NCBI GenBank assembly: GCA_028286165.1
Contig: JAPYMU010000177.1
Coordinates: 1-35,943 of the forward strand
Direction: 5' to 3'
Source of the DNA: Arenicellales bacterium
GTDB lineage: Bacteria > Pseudomonadota > Gammaproteobacteria > Arenicellales > Spongiicolonaceae
DNA length: 35,943 bases
Position 1 is the first letter of the stretch; the number at the start of each line of letters is the position of its first letter. Both the position numbers and the translations under genes were made by a program. Shown one piece after another: positions 8,448-17,260 of this stretch. Under the pieces are notes generated by a model that saw only the letters and a program-made list of their open reading frames with translations, searched no databases and had not been told where the DNA came from.

Positions 8448-9352
8448 CGGCGGCGGGCGCGGTGTTCAAGCAGGCAAAACTTTTTTCATCACCGTTTCCG
8501 TCACGCAAACCACCGCTTCCGCAGTTGGCGGCGGGCGGGGCGGCGGTGGCGGTGTTCGCAGTCGGGCTGGGGCTGGTGACGGCGGGGCTGCTGTCCTCCA
8601 CCCTGCATCTGGCGAACAAAAAAAATGCGTGGCGGGCGTTCTTTCGGGTGCGCACTTCGTGGCTGTCGCGCGAGGGTTTGCTGGCGGTGGCGTTTTATCC
8701 GCCGGCGCTGGCGTGGGGCGCGCTGCTAATCAACAGTGGCGGCGGCGGCGCGCTGCAGGCGGCGGCGGCTTTGGTGACGGCGGCGGTTGCACTCGCCACT
8801 TTGTTCAGCACCGGCATGATTTACGCCTGCCTGCGCACCATTCCGCAGTGGCACACGCCGCTGACGCCGGTGAATTACATCGCGCTCGGGATGATGTCCG
8901 GCGCGCTGCTGGCGCTGGCGCTGTGCGGCGACTCGCCGGCGTTGCGCGCCTTCACCGTCGCCACCGTTGCCGCCGGCGGCTTGTGCAAACTGTGGTATTA
9001 CCGCGCCATCGGCCGCCCCGGCGGGCCCACCATCGGCGATGCCACCGGGCTGCGGGGCGGGACAGTGCGGCTGCTGGACGTGGGGCACAGCGCCGGCACT
9101 TTTCTCACCGGGGAATTCGGCTTCCGCCTGCCGGGGACGGTTTCGCTCGTGTTGCGCGCGGTGTTTTTTGTTCTCAGCATCGCGGCGCCGGCGGCGCTGC
9201 TGCTCGGCGCCGGCGGCGGCGCCGCGGCGCGCTGGCTGGCGGTGGTGAGCGCCGCGGCCGGGCTGCTGGTGGAACGTTATTTGTTCTTCAGCGACGCGCG
9301 CCATGTGGTCAACCTGTACCACGGCGCGCCGAACACCCGCGCCGGGCGCTGA
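8444..9352 (+). CDS. DmsC/YnfH-family (DMSO reductase anchor subunit-like) membrane protein, orphan
   Basis: The GTG start overlaps the ubiB stop (GTGA). Polytopic membrane protein. Segments HLANKKNAWRAFFRVRTSWLSREG, MIYACLRTIPQWHTPLTPVNY and LVERYLFFSDARHVVNLYHG match my memory of stand-alone DmsC-family proteins. The usual first TM helix seems to be missing or replaced. Confidence 0.65.
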   Translation: MTAAGAVFKQAKLFSSPFPSRKPPLPQLAAGGAAVAVFAVGLGLVTAGLLSSTLHLANKKNAWRAFFRVRTSWLSREGLLAVAFYPPALAWGALLINSGGGGALQAAAALVTAAVALATLFSTGMIYACLRTIPQWHTPLTPVNYIALGMMSGALLALALCGDSPALRAFTVATVAAGGLCKLWYYRAIGRPGGPTIGDATGLRGGTVRLLDVGHSAGTFLTGEFGFRLPGTVSLVLRAVFFVLSIAAPAALLLGAGGGAAARWLAVVSAAAGLLVERYLFFSDARHVVNLYHGAPNTRAGR

Positions 9353-9363
9353 GGTTTGCGGCC

Positions 9364-9372
9364 TGCTATAAT
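9364..9372 (+). promoter_or_regulatory. Extended -10 element TGcTATAAT
   Basis: TG at 9364-9365 and a perfect TATAAT at 9367-9372, 11 nt before ATG 9384. No Shine-Dalgarno lies in between. Confidence 0.35.
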
Positions 9373-9383
9373 CGGCAAGCCCC

Positions 9384-11348
9384 ATGGTGAAGGTTTACAA
9401 ATCCTTTCTTTCGTTCCTTGAAGGAAGGTTCATCCGCATCGCCATCGCCCTCCTGTTTTTGTACCTGGGTTATTTGTTGTGGAGCACCGCGCCGTCGGTT
9501 GAGATCGCCATCACCCTGTGCATTCTGGCGCTGACCGTTTACCTGTTCGCGTTTGAGGTTTTTTCCCTCGACGCCACCGGCATCGGCGTCATGATTCTGC
9601 TCGGCCTGTGGTCGTGGCTGGGCCCGGCGCTGGGCCTGTCCACGGCGCTGGTGCCGGCGGGCGAATTGTTCAGCGGCTTCAGCAGCAACGCGGTGGTGTC
9701 CATCATCGCGGTGATGATTATCGGCGCCAGCCTCGACAAAACCGGCGTCATGACCAGCGTCGCCAACACCATCACCCGCATCGGCGGCAGCACCGAGCGG
9801 CGCATCGTCCCCCTCACCTCCGGAACGGTGGGCATGATCTCCGGCTTCATGCAGAACGTCGGCGCCGCCGCGCTGTTCATTCCGGTGATTAGCCGCATCT
9901 CGGCGCGCACCGGCCTGCCGGCGTCGCGGCTGCTGATGCCCATGGGCTTTTGCGCGATTTGCGGCGGCACCCTCACCATGGTCGGCTCAAGCCCGCTGAT
10001 TCTGCTGAACGACCTGCTGCTCAGTTCCAACCGCAGCCTGCCGGCCGAACAGCAGATGGAGACTTTCGGCCTGTTCGCCGTGGCGCCCATCGGCGCGGTC
10101 ATTTTGGCCAGCGCGATTTTGTATTTCGCATTCGCCGGCCGGCGCGTGCTGCCGGCGGTGAAGGCCGGCGCCATTGAAGCCATGGGCACCATTGAATACA
10201 TCCGCAAAACCTACGGCATCCACTACGCGCTGTACGAAGTGCGGGTGCCGGCCGAGTCGGATTTAATCGGCGAGTTGGTGGGCGATGTGGAAAAGGCCTT
10301 CGTCATGCGCATCGTCGGCGTGCACGACGGCAATAAAGTGCGCCTCGGCCCCGGCGGCCTGTCGCGCGACACCGCCATCGGCGCCGGCAACGTGCTGGCG
10401 GTGATGGCGTCGGAGTACGCGATGAAAAAATTCAACGAGGAGCGCGCGGCGGTGGTGGAGCCGCAGTTGCGGCTGTTCGCCGACTACCTCACCCAGACCA
10501 GGGCCGGCGTCGCCGAGATCGTCATCCCGCCGGGCTCGCGCTACATCGGCCCCACCATCGGCGAGAGTTGGCTGCGCAAAGACCACGGCCTGACGGTGCT
10601 CGCCATCCACCGCCTTGGCGAAACCATCACCGAAAACATCATCCACATTCCGCTGCAGTCCGGCGACACGCTGGTGTGCCACACTTCGTGGGAAAGTCTG
10701 CAGCGGGTGGAGCGCGACCGCAACTTCGTCGTGGTCACCACCGAATACCCCAAGGAAGAACTGCGCCCGAAAAAAGTGGGCCACGCGCTGGCGTTCTTTC
10801 TGCTCGCCCTGGGGCTGGTAATCTTCACCGACCTGCGCCTGTCGGTGGCGCTGATGGCCGGCGCCATCGGCATGATCCTCACCGGCGTGCTGAAAATCGA
10901 GGAGGCCTACAGCGCGGTCAGTTGGAAGACGGTGTTTCTGCTGGCCAGTTTAATTCCCCTCGGCCTGGCGGTGGAGCACACCGGCGCCGCGCAGTGGATC
11001 GCCGCGCACATTCTGCACACCCTGGGCGCGGTGCCGCTGTGGGTGCTGCTGGCGGTGATTGCGGTGCTGTCCACGTTCTTCTCGCTGATGATGTCCAATG
11101 TGGGCGCCACCGTGCTGCTGGTGCCGCTGGCGGTGAACATCGCGGTGGCCGGCGGCGGCGACCCGGCGGTCTTCGCCATCACCGTCGCCCTCGCCACCTC
11201 CAACTCGTTCCTCATCCCCACCCACCAGGTCAACGCCCTGATCATGGGCCCCGGCGGCTACCGCGTGGTGGACTACATGCGCGCCGGGGGGGCGATGACT
11301 TTAATTTTTCTGGCGGTGATGCTGGTGATGGTGAACCTGGTTTTTTAG
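9384..11348 (+). CDS. SLC13/DASS-family anion permease with two central TrkA-C (RCK_C) domains
   Basis: 654 aa with multiple TM helices on both ends. The central soluble part carries two TrkA-C-like repeats (YEVRVPAESDLIGELVGDVE...MRIVGVHDG and AEIVIPPGSRYIGPTIGESWLRKDHGLTVLAIHR). Confidence 0.85.
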   Translation: MVKVYKSFLSFLEGRFIRIAIALLFLYLGYLLWSTAPSVEIAITLCILALTVYLFAFEVFSLDATGIGVMILLGLWSWLGPALGLSTALVPAGELFSGFSSNAVVSIIAVMIIGASLDKTGVMTSVANTITRIGGSTERRIVPLTSGTVGMISGFMQNVGAAALFIPVISRISARTGLPASRLLMPMGFCAICGGTLTMVGSSPLILLNDLLLSSNRSLPAEQQMETFGLFAVAPIGAVILASAILYFAFAGRRVLPAVKAGAIEAMGTIEYIRKTYGIHYALYEVRVPAESDLIGELVGDVEKAFVMRIVGVHDGNKVRLGPGGLSRDTAIGAGNVLAVMASEYAMKKFNEERAAVVEPQLRLFADYLTQTRAGVAEIVIPPGSRYIGPTIGESWLRKDHGLTVLAIHRLGETITENIIHIPLQSGDTLVCHTSWESLQRVERDRNFVVVTTEYPKEELRPKKVGHALAFFLLALGLVIFTDLRLSVALMAGAIGMILTGVLKIEEAYSAVSWKTVFLLASLIPLGLAVEHTGAAQWIAAHILHTLGAVPLWVLLAVIAVLSTFFSLMMSNVGATVLLVPLAVNIAVAGGGDPAVFAITVALATSNSFLIPTHQVNALIMGPGGYRVVDYMRAGGAMTLIFLAVMLVMVNLVF

Positions 11349-11752
11349 CCCGGCCGCCCGGCGGCGCGCATGCGGTCCACGCTGAACCGCCCGGCGCCGG
11401 CGCAGGCCAGCACCAGCAGGCCGCCGGTGATGGCGATGTTTTTCATCATCGCGCGGTCGGCAAAATCAAAATGAAAGAGCAGCACGGTGAGCACCGTAAA
11501 CCCGGCCAGCGCCAGCGCCGCCCAGCGCGTCTGCCAGCCGATGATGATGGCGATGGGCGCGGCGATTTCCAGAATAATCACCAGCGGCAAAAGTTCACCC
11601 GGCACGCCTTTGCTTTCCATGTAACCAAAGGCCCCCTCGTAACCGGGAATTTTACTGATCCCCCCGACCAAAAAGACCAGGGCCAGCCCGGCCCGCCCGG
11701 CCAACTCGGCAAACGGGCACAGCGAGCACATAAATTTACAAATCGCGTTCAT
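11345..11752 (-). CDS. DoxX family membrane protein
   Basis: Track ORF starts at TTG 11758. I trimmed it to ATG 11752, which has AGGAGG 8 nt upstream. Motifs GRAGLALVFLVGGISKIPGY...IILEIAAPIAIIIGWQTRWAALALAGFTVLT...GGLLVLACAGAGRFSVD. Confidence 0.85.
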   Translation of the reverse strand: MNAICKFMCSLCPFAELAGRAGLALVFLVGGISKIPGYEGAFGYMESKGVPGELLPLVIILEIAAPIAIIIGWQTRWAALALAGFTVLTVLLFHFDFADRAMMKNIAITGGLLVLACAGAGRFSVDRMRAAGRPG

Positions 11753-11886
11753 CGTCAATTCCTCCTGTGGTGGTTCATCGGGATAATGGGGGGATTATAT
11801 CCTTTGGATCAAGATAACTTAATCGGCTTTTCCCGGCGCGGTTTGAGCGGGAGATGAAAGAGCAACCGCCGCCGCACCCGCGCCCG

Positions 11887-11895
11887 TGTTATATT
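11887..11895 (+). promoter_or_regulatory. Extended -10 element TGtTATATT immediately upstream of msrA
   Basis: TG at 11887-11888 and the hexamer TATATT at 11890-11895. Only 7 nt separate it from the A of ATG 11903, and there is no Shine-Dalgarno. Confidence 0.4.
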
Positions 11896-11902
11896 CGGCG
11901 CG

Positions 11903-12544
11903 ATGTTGTTTGGCGGAAACACCGTGATGCCGGATGCAAACCGCATGCTGCCCGGCCGGGATGCGCCGGTGGCTGTTGCGCCGGCGCATTTTGTGAACGG
12001 CAATCCGCTGGCGCCGCCGTATCCGCCGGGGATGCGGATGGCGATGTTCGGCATGGGCTGCTTCTGGGGCGCCGAGCGGATGTTCTGGGAGCGCGCCGGG
12101 GTGTTTGTCACCGCTGTCGGTTACGCCGGCGGCGGCACCAAAAACCCCACCTACCATGAAGTGTGCAGCGGCCGCACCGGCCACAACGAGGTGGTGCGCG
12201 TGGTGTTTGACCCGCGCGCCGTCACATATGATGCGCTGCTGAAAATTTTCTGGGAGTCCCACGACCCGACGCAGGGCATGCGGCAGGGCAACGATGTGGG
12301 AACGCAGTACCGTTCGGGAATTTATTTTTACGGCGGTGAACAGGAGGCCGCGGCGCGGCGCGGAAAAGAAACCTACCAGAAAAATTTGTCGGCGCGCGGC
12401 CACGGCGCCATCACCACCGAAATCACCGCCGCGCCGGAGTTTTATTTTGCCGAGGACCACCACCAGCAATACCTGGCAAAAAATCCCGGCGGCTACTGCG
12501 GACTCGGCGGCACCGGGGTTTGCCTGCAACCGGCCTCAGGGTGA
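11903..12544 (+). CDS. msrA: Peptide-methionine (S)-S-oxide reductase
   Basis: The N-terminus is collinear with E. coli MsrA as I remember it (19 residues to LPGR). Active site MGCFWGAE. Further motifs [11 protein letters not shown] and [13 protein letters not shown]. Confidence 0.95.
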   Translation: MLFGGNTVMPDANRMLPGRDAPVAVAPAHFVNGNPLAPPYPPGMRMAMFGMGCFWGAERMFWERAGVFVTAVGYAGGGTKNPTYHEVCSGRTGHNEVVRVVFDPRAVTYDALLKIFWESHDPTQGMRQGNDVGTQYRSGIYFYGGEQEAAARRGKETYQKNLSARGHGAITTEITAAPEFYFAEDHHQQYLAKNPGGYCGLGGTGVCLQPASG

Positions 12545-13183
12545 CGGCGGTTTCGGCGGCGGCGCCTCAAGAGTTTCAGCGTCCACGGGAGTTTCGCTTT
12601 CGCCGGCGGCTGGCGCGCCGGCCTCGGGCAACTCCAGATTCAACTCCGATGCAATCTCGGCAATGTCGCGCATTTCCTTCAGCGGCGGCAGGTCGCGCAG
12701 CGAGGCGAGGTTGAAGTAGGCGAGAAATTCGCGGGTGGTGCCGTACAGCGCCGGGTAGCCGGGGACTTCTTTTTTGCCGACCACGCGCACCCAGCCGCGG
12801 TCCTGCAGCACGCGCATGATGTCGGTGCTGACATTGACGCCGCGAATTTCCTCAATGTCGCCGCGGGTGACCGGCTGGCGGTAGGCGATGATGGAAAGCG
12901 TTTCCAGCAGCGCGCGCGAGTAGCGCGGCGGCCGCGCCTCGTTAAGTTTGCGCAGCCACGGCGCGTATTTTTCGCGGGTCTGCAAACGGTAGCCGTCACC
13001 AACGCGGCGCAACTCCACGGCGCGGCCGGCGCAGCCGCGCTGCAGTTCCTCCACCGCCTCCAGCACCTGCTCGCGCTGCGGCCTGGCATCGGCGGGGAAC
13101 AGCGAAATAATTTTCTGCACGCTCACCGGCTGCTCGGACACCAGCAGCACCGACTCGACGATGTTTTTCAATTCACTGTCCAC
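12536..13183 (-). CDS. scpB: Segregation and condensation protein B
   Basis: GTG start. Motifs [16 protein letters not shown] and [35 protein letters not shown], with an acidic/Pro-rich tail. It follows scpA. Confidence 0.9.
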   Translation of the reverse strand: MDSELKNIVESVLLVSEQPVSVQKIISLFPADARPQREQVLEAVEELQRGCAGRAVELRRVGDGYRLQTREKYAPWLRKLNEARPPRYSRALLETLSIIAYRQPVTRGDIEEIRGVNVSTDIMRVLQDRGWVRVVGKKEVPGYPALYGTTREFLAYFNLASLRDLPPLKEMRDIAEIASELNLELPEAGAPAAGESETPVDAETLEAPPPKPPSP

Positions 13184-13198
13184 GACTTGCCCCGGCGT

Positions 13199-14014
13199 TC
13201 ACACCGCGCGCAGGTGAATGGGCGAGAACGGCTCGTTCTGCACCACGGTTATCATGTTCTCGCGCAGCAACTCCAGCAGCGCGGACAGACTCACCACCAA
13301 ACCCATGCGCCCCTCGGCGGCGGTGAACACCTGTTCAAAACGCAGAAACCTGGCCTCGCTGAGCTGGGCCAGAATTAAAGTCATGCGCTCGCGCACCGAC
13401 AGCACTTCGCGCCCCAGCACCAGGTCGCGGTTGCGCCGCGCCTGCTCCATGGCGTTGTGGTACGCATCCACCAGCGAGTCCAGATACACCCGGGGCGGCG
13501 GCGGTTGCGCGGCGGCGGTACCGGCATCGGCCGCATATGCGATGAAAATGTCACGCTCAAGGCGCGGCTTTTCGTTCAATTTGCCGGCGGCGTCGCGGAA
13601 CCGTTCATACTGCTGCAGCCGCCGCACCAGCGCCGCGCGCGGGTCCTCCTCTTCCTCCTCCCCGGTTTCCGGCTTGGGCAGCAGCATGCGCGATTTAATT
13701 TCGGTCAGCATCGCCGCCATCACCAGGTATTCCGCCGCCAGGTCAAGGCGCAACGTGCGCATCAACTCCACATACTGCATGTACTGGCGCGTGATTTCGG
13801 CCACCGGAATGTCCAGAATGTCCAGGTTCTGCTTGCGAATCAGATACAGCAGCAGGTCCAGCGGCCCCTCGAAAGACTCGAGAAACACCTCCAGCGCCTC
13901 CGGCGGAATGTACAAATCCGGCGGCCACTCGGTCAGCACCTCGCCCCGCACCCGTGCGCTGTCCGGCGGCGGTGGCGGCGGCGGGACGATGTGCAGTTTG
14001 GGGCGGGGACTCAT
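13199..14014 (-). CDS. scpA: Segregation and condensation protein A
   Basis: FEGPLDLLLYLIRKQNLDILDIPVAEITRQYMQYV is the hallmark kleisin N-terminus. 271 aa. Confidence 0.9.
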   Translation of the reverse strand: MSPRPKLHIVPPPPPPPDSARVRGEVLTEWPPDLYIPPEALEVFLESFEGPLDLLLYLIRKQNLDILDIPVAEITRQYMQYVELMRTLRLDLAAEYLVMAAMLTEIKSRMLLPKPETGEEEEEDPRAALVRRLQQYERFRDAAGKLNEKPRLERDIFIAYAADAGTAAAQPPPPRVYLDSLVDAYHNAMEQARRNRDLVLGREVLSVRERMTLILAQLSEARFLRFEQVFTAAEGRMGLVVSLSALLELLRENMITVVQNEPFSPIHLRAV

Positions 14015-14017
14015 GGC

Positions 14018-15232
14018 TCAGTAGTAATCGGTGCCGACGCTGTGGCGCACTTCCTCCATGGTGGCCTGGGCCACGGCGTGCGCGCGCTCGCAGCCGTCGG
14101 CGATGATGTTGCGCAGGGTGGTGCGGTCTTCGGTGTACGGCTGCGCGCGGCGGCGAAACTCCTTCTGCTCGCGCAATACTTCGTCAATCAGCGGCTTCTT
14201 GCAGTCCACGCAGCCGATGCCCGCGCTGCGGCAGCCTTCACCGGCCCAGGCCTTCACCTCGTCCGATGAATACACCTTGTGCAACTCCCACACCGGGCAC
14301 TTGTCCGGATCGCCGGGATCCTGGCGCCGCTTGCGCGCCGGGTCGGTGGGCATGGCTTTAATCCGGCTGGCCACGCTGTCGGCGTCGTCGCGCATGGCGA
14401 TGGTGTTCTGGTAGGACTTGGACATCTTGCGCCCGTCCACGCCCGGCAGGCGCGGCGCCTGGGTCAACAGGTGGCGCGGCTCCGGCAGAATCACCCGCCC
14501 GCCGCCTTCCGCATAGCCGAACAAACGTTCGCGGTCGCCGACGCTGATGTTCTGCTGCGCCTCCAGCAGCGCGCGCGCTTTGGCCAGCGCCTCGTGGTCG
14601 CCGCGCTCGGTGTAGGCGCGGCGCAACTCGGTGAACAGCCGCGCGCTCTTGCGGCCCATCTTGCGCACCGCGGCCTCGGCTTTGTTCTCAAAGTCATCGC
14701 CGCGCCCGAAGATGTGGTTAAAGCGGCGCGCGATCTCCCGCGTCAACTCCACATGCGGCACCTGGTCCTCGCCCACCGGCACCGCGGTGGCGCGGTAAAT
14801 GAGAATGTCGGCGCTTTGCAAAACCGGATAGCCGAGAAAACCGTGGGTGTCCAAGTCGCGCTCGCGCAGCATCGCCTGCTGCTCCTTGAACGACGGCACC
14901 CGCTCAAGCCAGCCCAGCGGCGTCACCATGGACAGCAGCAACTGCAACTCGGCGTGCTCCAGAATCGCCGACTGAATAAACAGCGTGGCCCGCGCCGGAT
15001 CAATGCCGGCGGCCAGCCAGTCGATGACCATCTCCCACACATTTTCCGGCAGGTCGCCGGCGTCTTCGTAGTGGGTGGTGAGGGCGTGCCAGTCGGCGAC
15101 AAAAAAGAAACTTTCGTATTGGTGCTGGAGTTCGGCCCAGTTTTTTAAAACCCCGTGGTAATGGCCGAGGTGCAGCCGCCCGGTGGGCCGCATTCCCGAC
15201 AAAACCCGCTCAGGGTGTCCCGCTGCTGACAT
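14018..15232 (-). CDS. trpS: Tryptophan--tRNA ligase (long form with Cys4 motif)
   Basis: Motifs GMRPTGRLHLGHYHG (HIGH region), FFVADWHALT and KMSKS. 404 aa with a CPVW...GCRSAGIGCVDC cluster. Confidence 0.95.
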   Translation of the reverse strand: MSAAGHPERVLSGMRPTGRLHLGHYHGVLKNWAELQHQYESFFFVADWHALTTHYEDAGDLPENVWEMVIDWLAAGIDPARATLFIQSAILEHAELQLLLSMVTPLGWLERVPSFKEQQAMLRERDLDTHGFLGYPVLQSADILIYRATAVPVGEDQVPHVELTREIARRFNHIFGRGDDFENKAEAAVRKMGRKSARLFTELRRAYTERGDHEALAKARALLEAQQNISVGDRERLFGYAEGGGRVILPEPRHLLTQAPRLPGVDGRKMSKSYQNTIAMRDDADSVASRIKAMPTDPARKRRQDPGDPDKCPVWELHKVYSSDEVKAWAGEGCRSAGIGCVDCKKPLIDEVLREQKEFRRRAQPYTEDRTTLRNIIADGCERAHAVAQATMEEVRHSVGTDYY

Positions 15233-15241
15233 TTCTTTGCT

Positions 15242-15769
15242 TCAGTTTTTTTCCGCCGCCGCGGCCGAGTATAACAGGTCGCCCAGCGGCCGGCATTTTT
15301 GCCCGGCCACCGCCGCCAGCAGGTCCGCGGCGCGGCCATGGCCCGGAATGCACACCTCCGGCGCAATCTCCACCAGCGGCGCCAGCACAAACCGCCGCCC
15401 GGCCATGCGCGGGTGCGGCAGGGTGAGGGTTTCGCCGGCGCACCGCACGCGGCCATACAAAAGCAGGTCCAAATCCAGCACCCGCGGCCCAAAACGCGCA
15501 CCGCCGCGCACCCGCCCGGCCGCGGTTTCCATGCGCTGCAACTCGGCCAGCAACTGCAATGGCGACAGCGCCGTCTGCACCCGGCACACCGCGTTCATGA
15601 AATCCGCCTGCCGCTCCATGCCAATTGGCGCGCTCTCAAACAATCTTGAGCATGCGTCCACCGTAATTCGGTCGGCACCGGCGAGGGCGGCAAGTGCATT
15701 CTCCAGCGCCGCGCGGCGGTCGCCGATATTGCCGCCCAAACCGACAAAAGCGGTGTGCGTTTTTTTCAC
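15242..15769 (-). CDS. folK: 2-amino-4-hydroxy-6-hydroxymethyldihydropteridine diphosphokinase
   Basis: Track ORF 15242..15967 overlaps pcnB and has an Arg-rich nonsense N-terminus. I trimmed it to GTG 15769 (VKKTHTAFVGLGGNIGD...), 22 nt after the pcnB stop. Motifs FGPRVLDLDLLLYG and LTLPHPRMAGRRFVLAPLVEIAP. The order pcnB-folK is the same as in E. coli. Confidence 0.9.
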   Translation of the reverse strand: MKKTHTAFVGLGGNIGDRRAALENALAALAGADRITVDACSRLFESAPIGMERQADFMNAVCRVQTALSPLQLLAELQRMETAAGRVRGGARFGPRVLDLDLLLYGRVRCAGETLTLPHPRMAGRRFVLAPLVEIAPEVCIPGHGRAADLLAAVAGQKCRPLGDLLYSAAAAEKN

Positions 15770-15791
15770 TGCGGACTGTCCCCGGCCATGT

Positions 15792-17078
15792 TCACCCCCG
15801 CCGGCGCCGCCGGCGGCTTCGGAACCTGCGCCCGGGCGGTGCAACCACCGCCGCCGGCGCCGCCTCCTGCGCCTCGGTCCAGAAATCCGCCGCCGCGCGA
15901 AGTTCACGCTCCGCCCCGGCGCGCAGCAGCAGAAAATCGTAGGCCGCGCGAAAATACGGCTGCGCAATCACCGCCACGGCGGCGGCGGCGGCCGGCGGAT
16001 GTTCCAGCGTCTTCTGCAAAGCCCAGATGTCCTTCACCCGCTTGCACACATGGCGCGAGAGCGCGGTAAAGCCGGCCTGCTCGGCCAGCACTTGGTCGGC
16101 GGCATGTTCAAAACGCGAGGCACCGCCCCGGCCGCGCGATTTGCCCAGCGCAAGTTGCAGCGGCTCCCACAGCAGCACCACAAAAAGAAACGCCGCAATC
16201 ACCGGCTTGCCCTGGCGGATGCGCAGGTCGGTGTTCTGCATCGCCGCCGGCACCACGCGCGCGGCAAAACCGCCGGGGCGGCTGCGCATGCAGCGCGAGG
16301 TCAGCGGCAGCAGCGAATCAAACAGCGGATACTCGCGCAGTCTTTTCATGATGCGCGCGGCGCCGCCGCTGTGCATCATCTTCACCATCTCGTCAAAGCG
16401 CCGCGGCGGCGGAATGGAATCCAGCAAGCCGCCCAGCGCATGAATCGGCCGCGCCGTATCCGCCTCCATGTTCAAATCCAGCAGCGCCGCAAAGCGAATC
16501 GCCCGCAGCATCCGCACCGGGTCCTCCCGGTAGCGCACCGCCGGCTCGCCGATGCAGCGCAGCACCCGCCGCTCCACGTCCTCCACCCCGTTCACATCGT
16601 CAATCACCTCGCCCGCCGCCGGGTCGAAGTACAGCGCGTTCACGGTGAAGTCGCGGCGCAATGCATCCTGTTCGCGGCTGCCGTAAACATTGTCCTCCAG
16701 AATCCGCCCGCTGCCGTCCGCCGCCAGCCGCCGCTGGTCGCCGCCCTTGCGGTAGGTGGACACCTCCACCGTGCCGCCGCCGGTGCGCACCATCACCAGC
16801 CGGAACCGCCGGCCGATTTTGCGCGCATGAAATTTCGGCGCGCGGCGGAACATGCGCACCGCCTCCTCCGGCGTGGCGTTGGTCACCACGTCAAAATCCT
16901 TGGGCGCCCGGCCCAGCAGCAAATCGCGCACACAGCCGCCCACCAGCAGCCCGTCGTAGCCCTCCTCGCGCAACCGCGACGCCACCGCCAGGGCGGCGCG
17001 GCTGATTCTTTTTCGTCCGAGCAGGTGTTTGTGGCGGGCCGTGCGGCGGCGGGGTTGGGCGCGTTTTGCGGACGGCAT
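15792..17078 (-). CDS. pcnB: Poly(A) polymerase I
   Basis: Motifs GYDGLLVGGCVRDLLLGRAPKDFDVVTNATPEE and RRDFTVNALYFD. Arg-rich C-terminus. Confidence 0.95.
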   Translation of the reverse strand: MPSAKRAQPRRRTARHKHLLGRKRISRAALAVASRLREEGYDGLLVGGCVRDLLLGRAPKDFDVVTNATPEEAVRMFRRAPKFHARKIGRRFRLVMVRTGGGTVEVSTYRKGGDQRRLAADGSGRILEDNVYGSREQDALRRDFTVNALYFDPAAGEVIDDVNGVEDVERRVLRCIGEPAVRYREDPVRMLRAIRFAALLDLNMEADTARPIHALGGLLDSIPPPRRFDEMVKMMHSGGAARIMKRLREYPLFDSLLPLTSRCMRSRPGGFAARVVPAAMQNTDLRIRQGKPVIAAFLFVVLLWEPLQLALGKSRGRGGASRFEHAADQVLAEQAGFTALSRHVCKRVKDIWALQKTLEHPPAAAAAVAVIAQPYFRAAYDFLLLRAGAERELRAAADFWTEAQEAAPAAVVAPPGRRFRSRRRRRRG

Positions 17079-17165
17079 TGAATCTCATCAGGCAGCGGAG
17101 CCCGGCCATGGTAGCATTTTCCGCCCGCCGCCGGCGGCGGCATGTTATTCTCCGCCCGCCGCCGC

Positions 17166-17240
17166 GCTCCCTTCGTCTAGCGGTCAGGACGCCGGCCTCT
17201 CACGCCGGTAACGGGGGTTCGATTCCCCCAGGGAGCGCCA
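17166..17240 (+). tRNA. tRNA-Glu (anticodon CUC)
   Basis: GCTCCCT TC GTCT AGCGGTCAGGAC G CCGGC CTCTCAC GCCGG TAAC GGGGG TTCGATT CCCCC AGGGAGC G CCA. This gives a 7-bp acceptor stem, a 5-bp anticodon stem, loop CT-CTC-AC, a T-arm with TTCGATT, and an encoded CCA. It is collinear with E. coli tRNA-Glu as I remember it. Confidence 0.9.
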
Positions 17241-17260
17241 CTATTTGCATCAGCCCCGGC

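Noticed and set aside
10568-11857. 429-aa plus-strand ORF spanning the end of the SLC13 gene and the DoxX gene
   Set aside because: It is out of frame with the permease and antisense to DoxX. The product is rich in Arg/Gly/His/Pro and has no hydrophobic segments.
15183-17081. 632-aa plus-strand ORF, the longest in the track
   Set aside because: It is antisense to folK and pcnB. The product is Arg/Ala/Pro/Gln low complexity.
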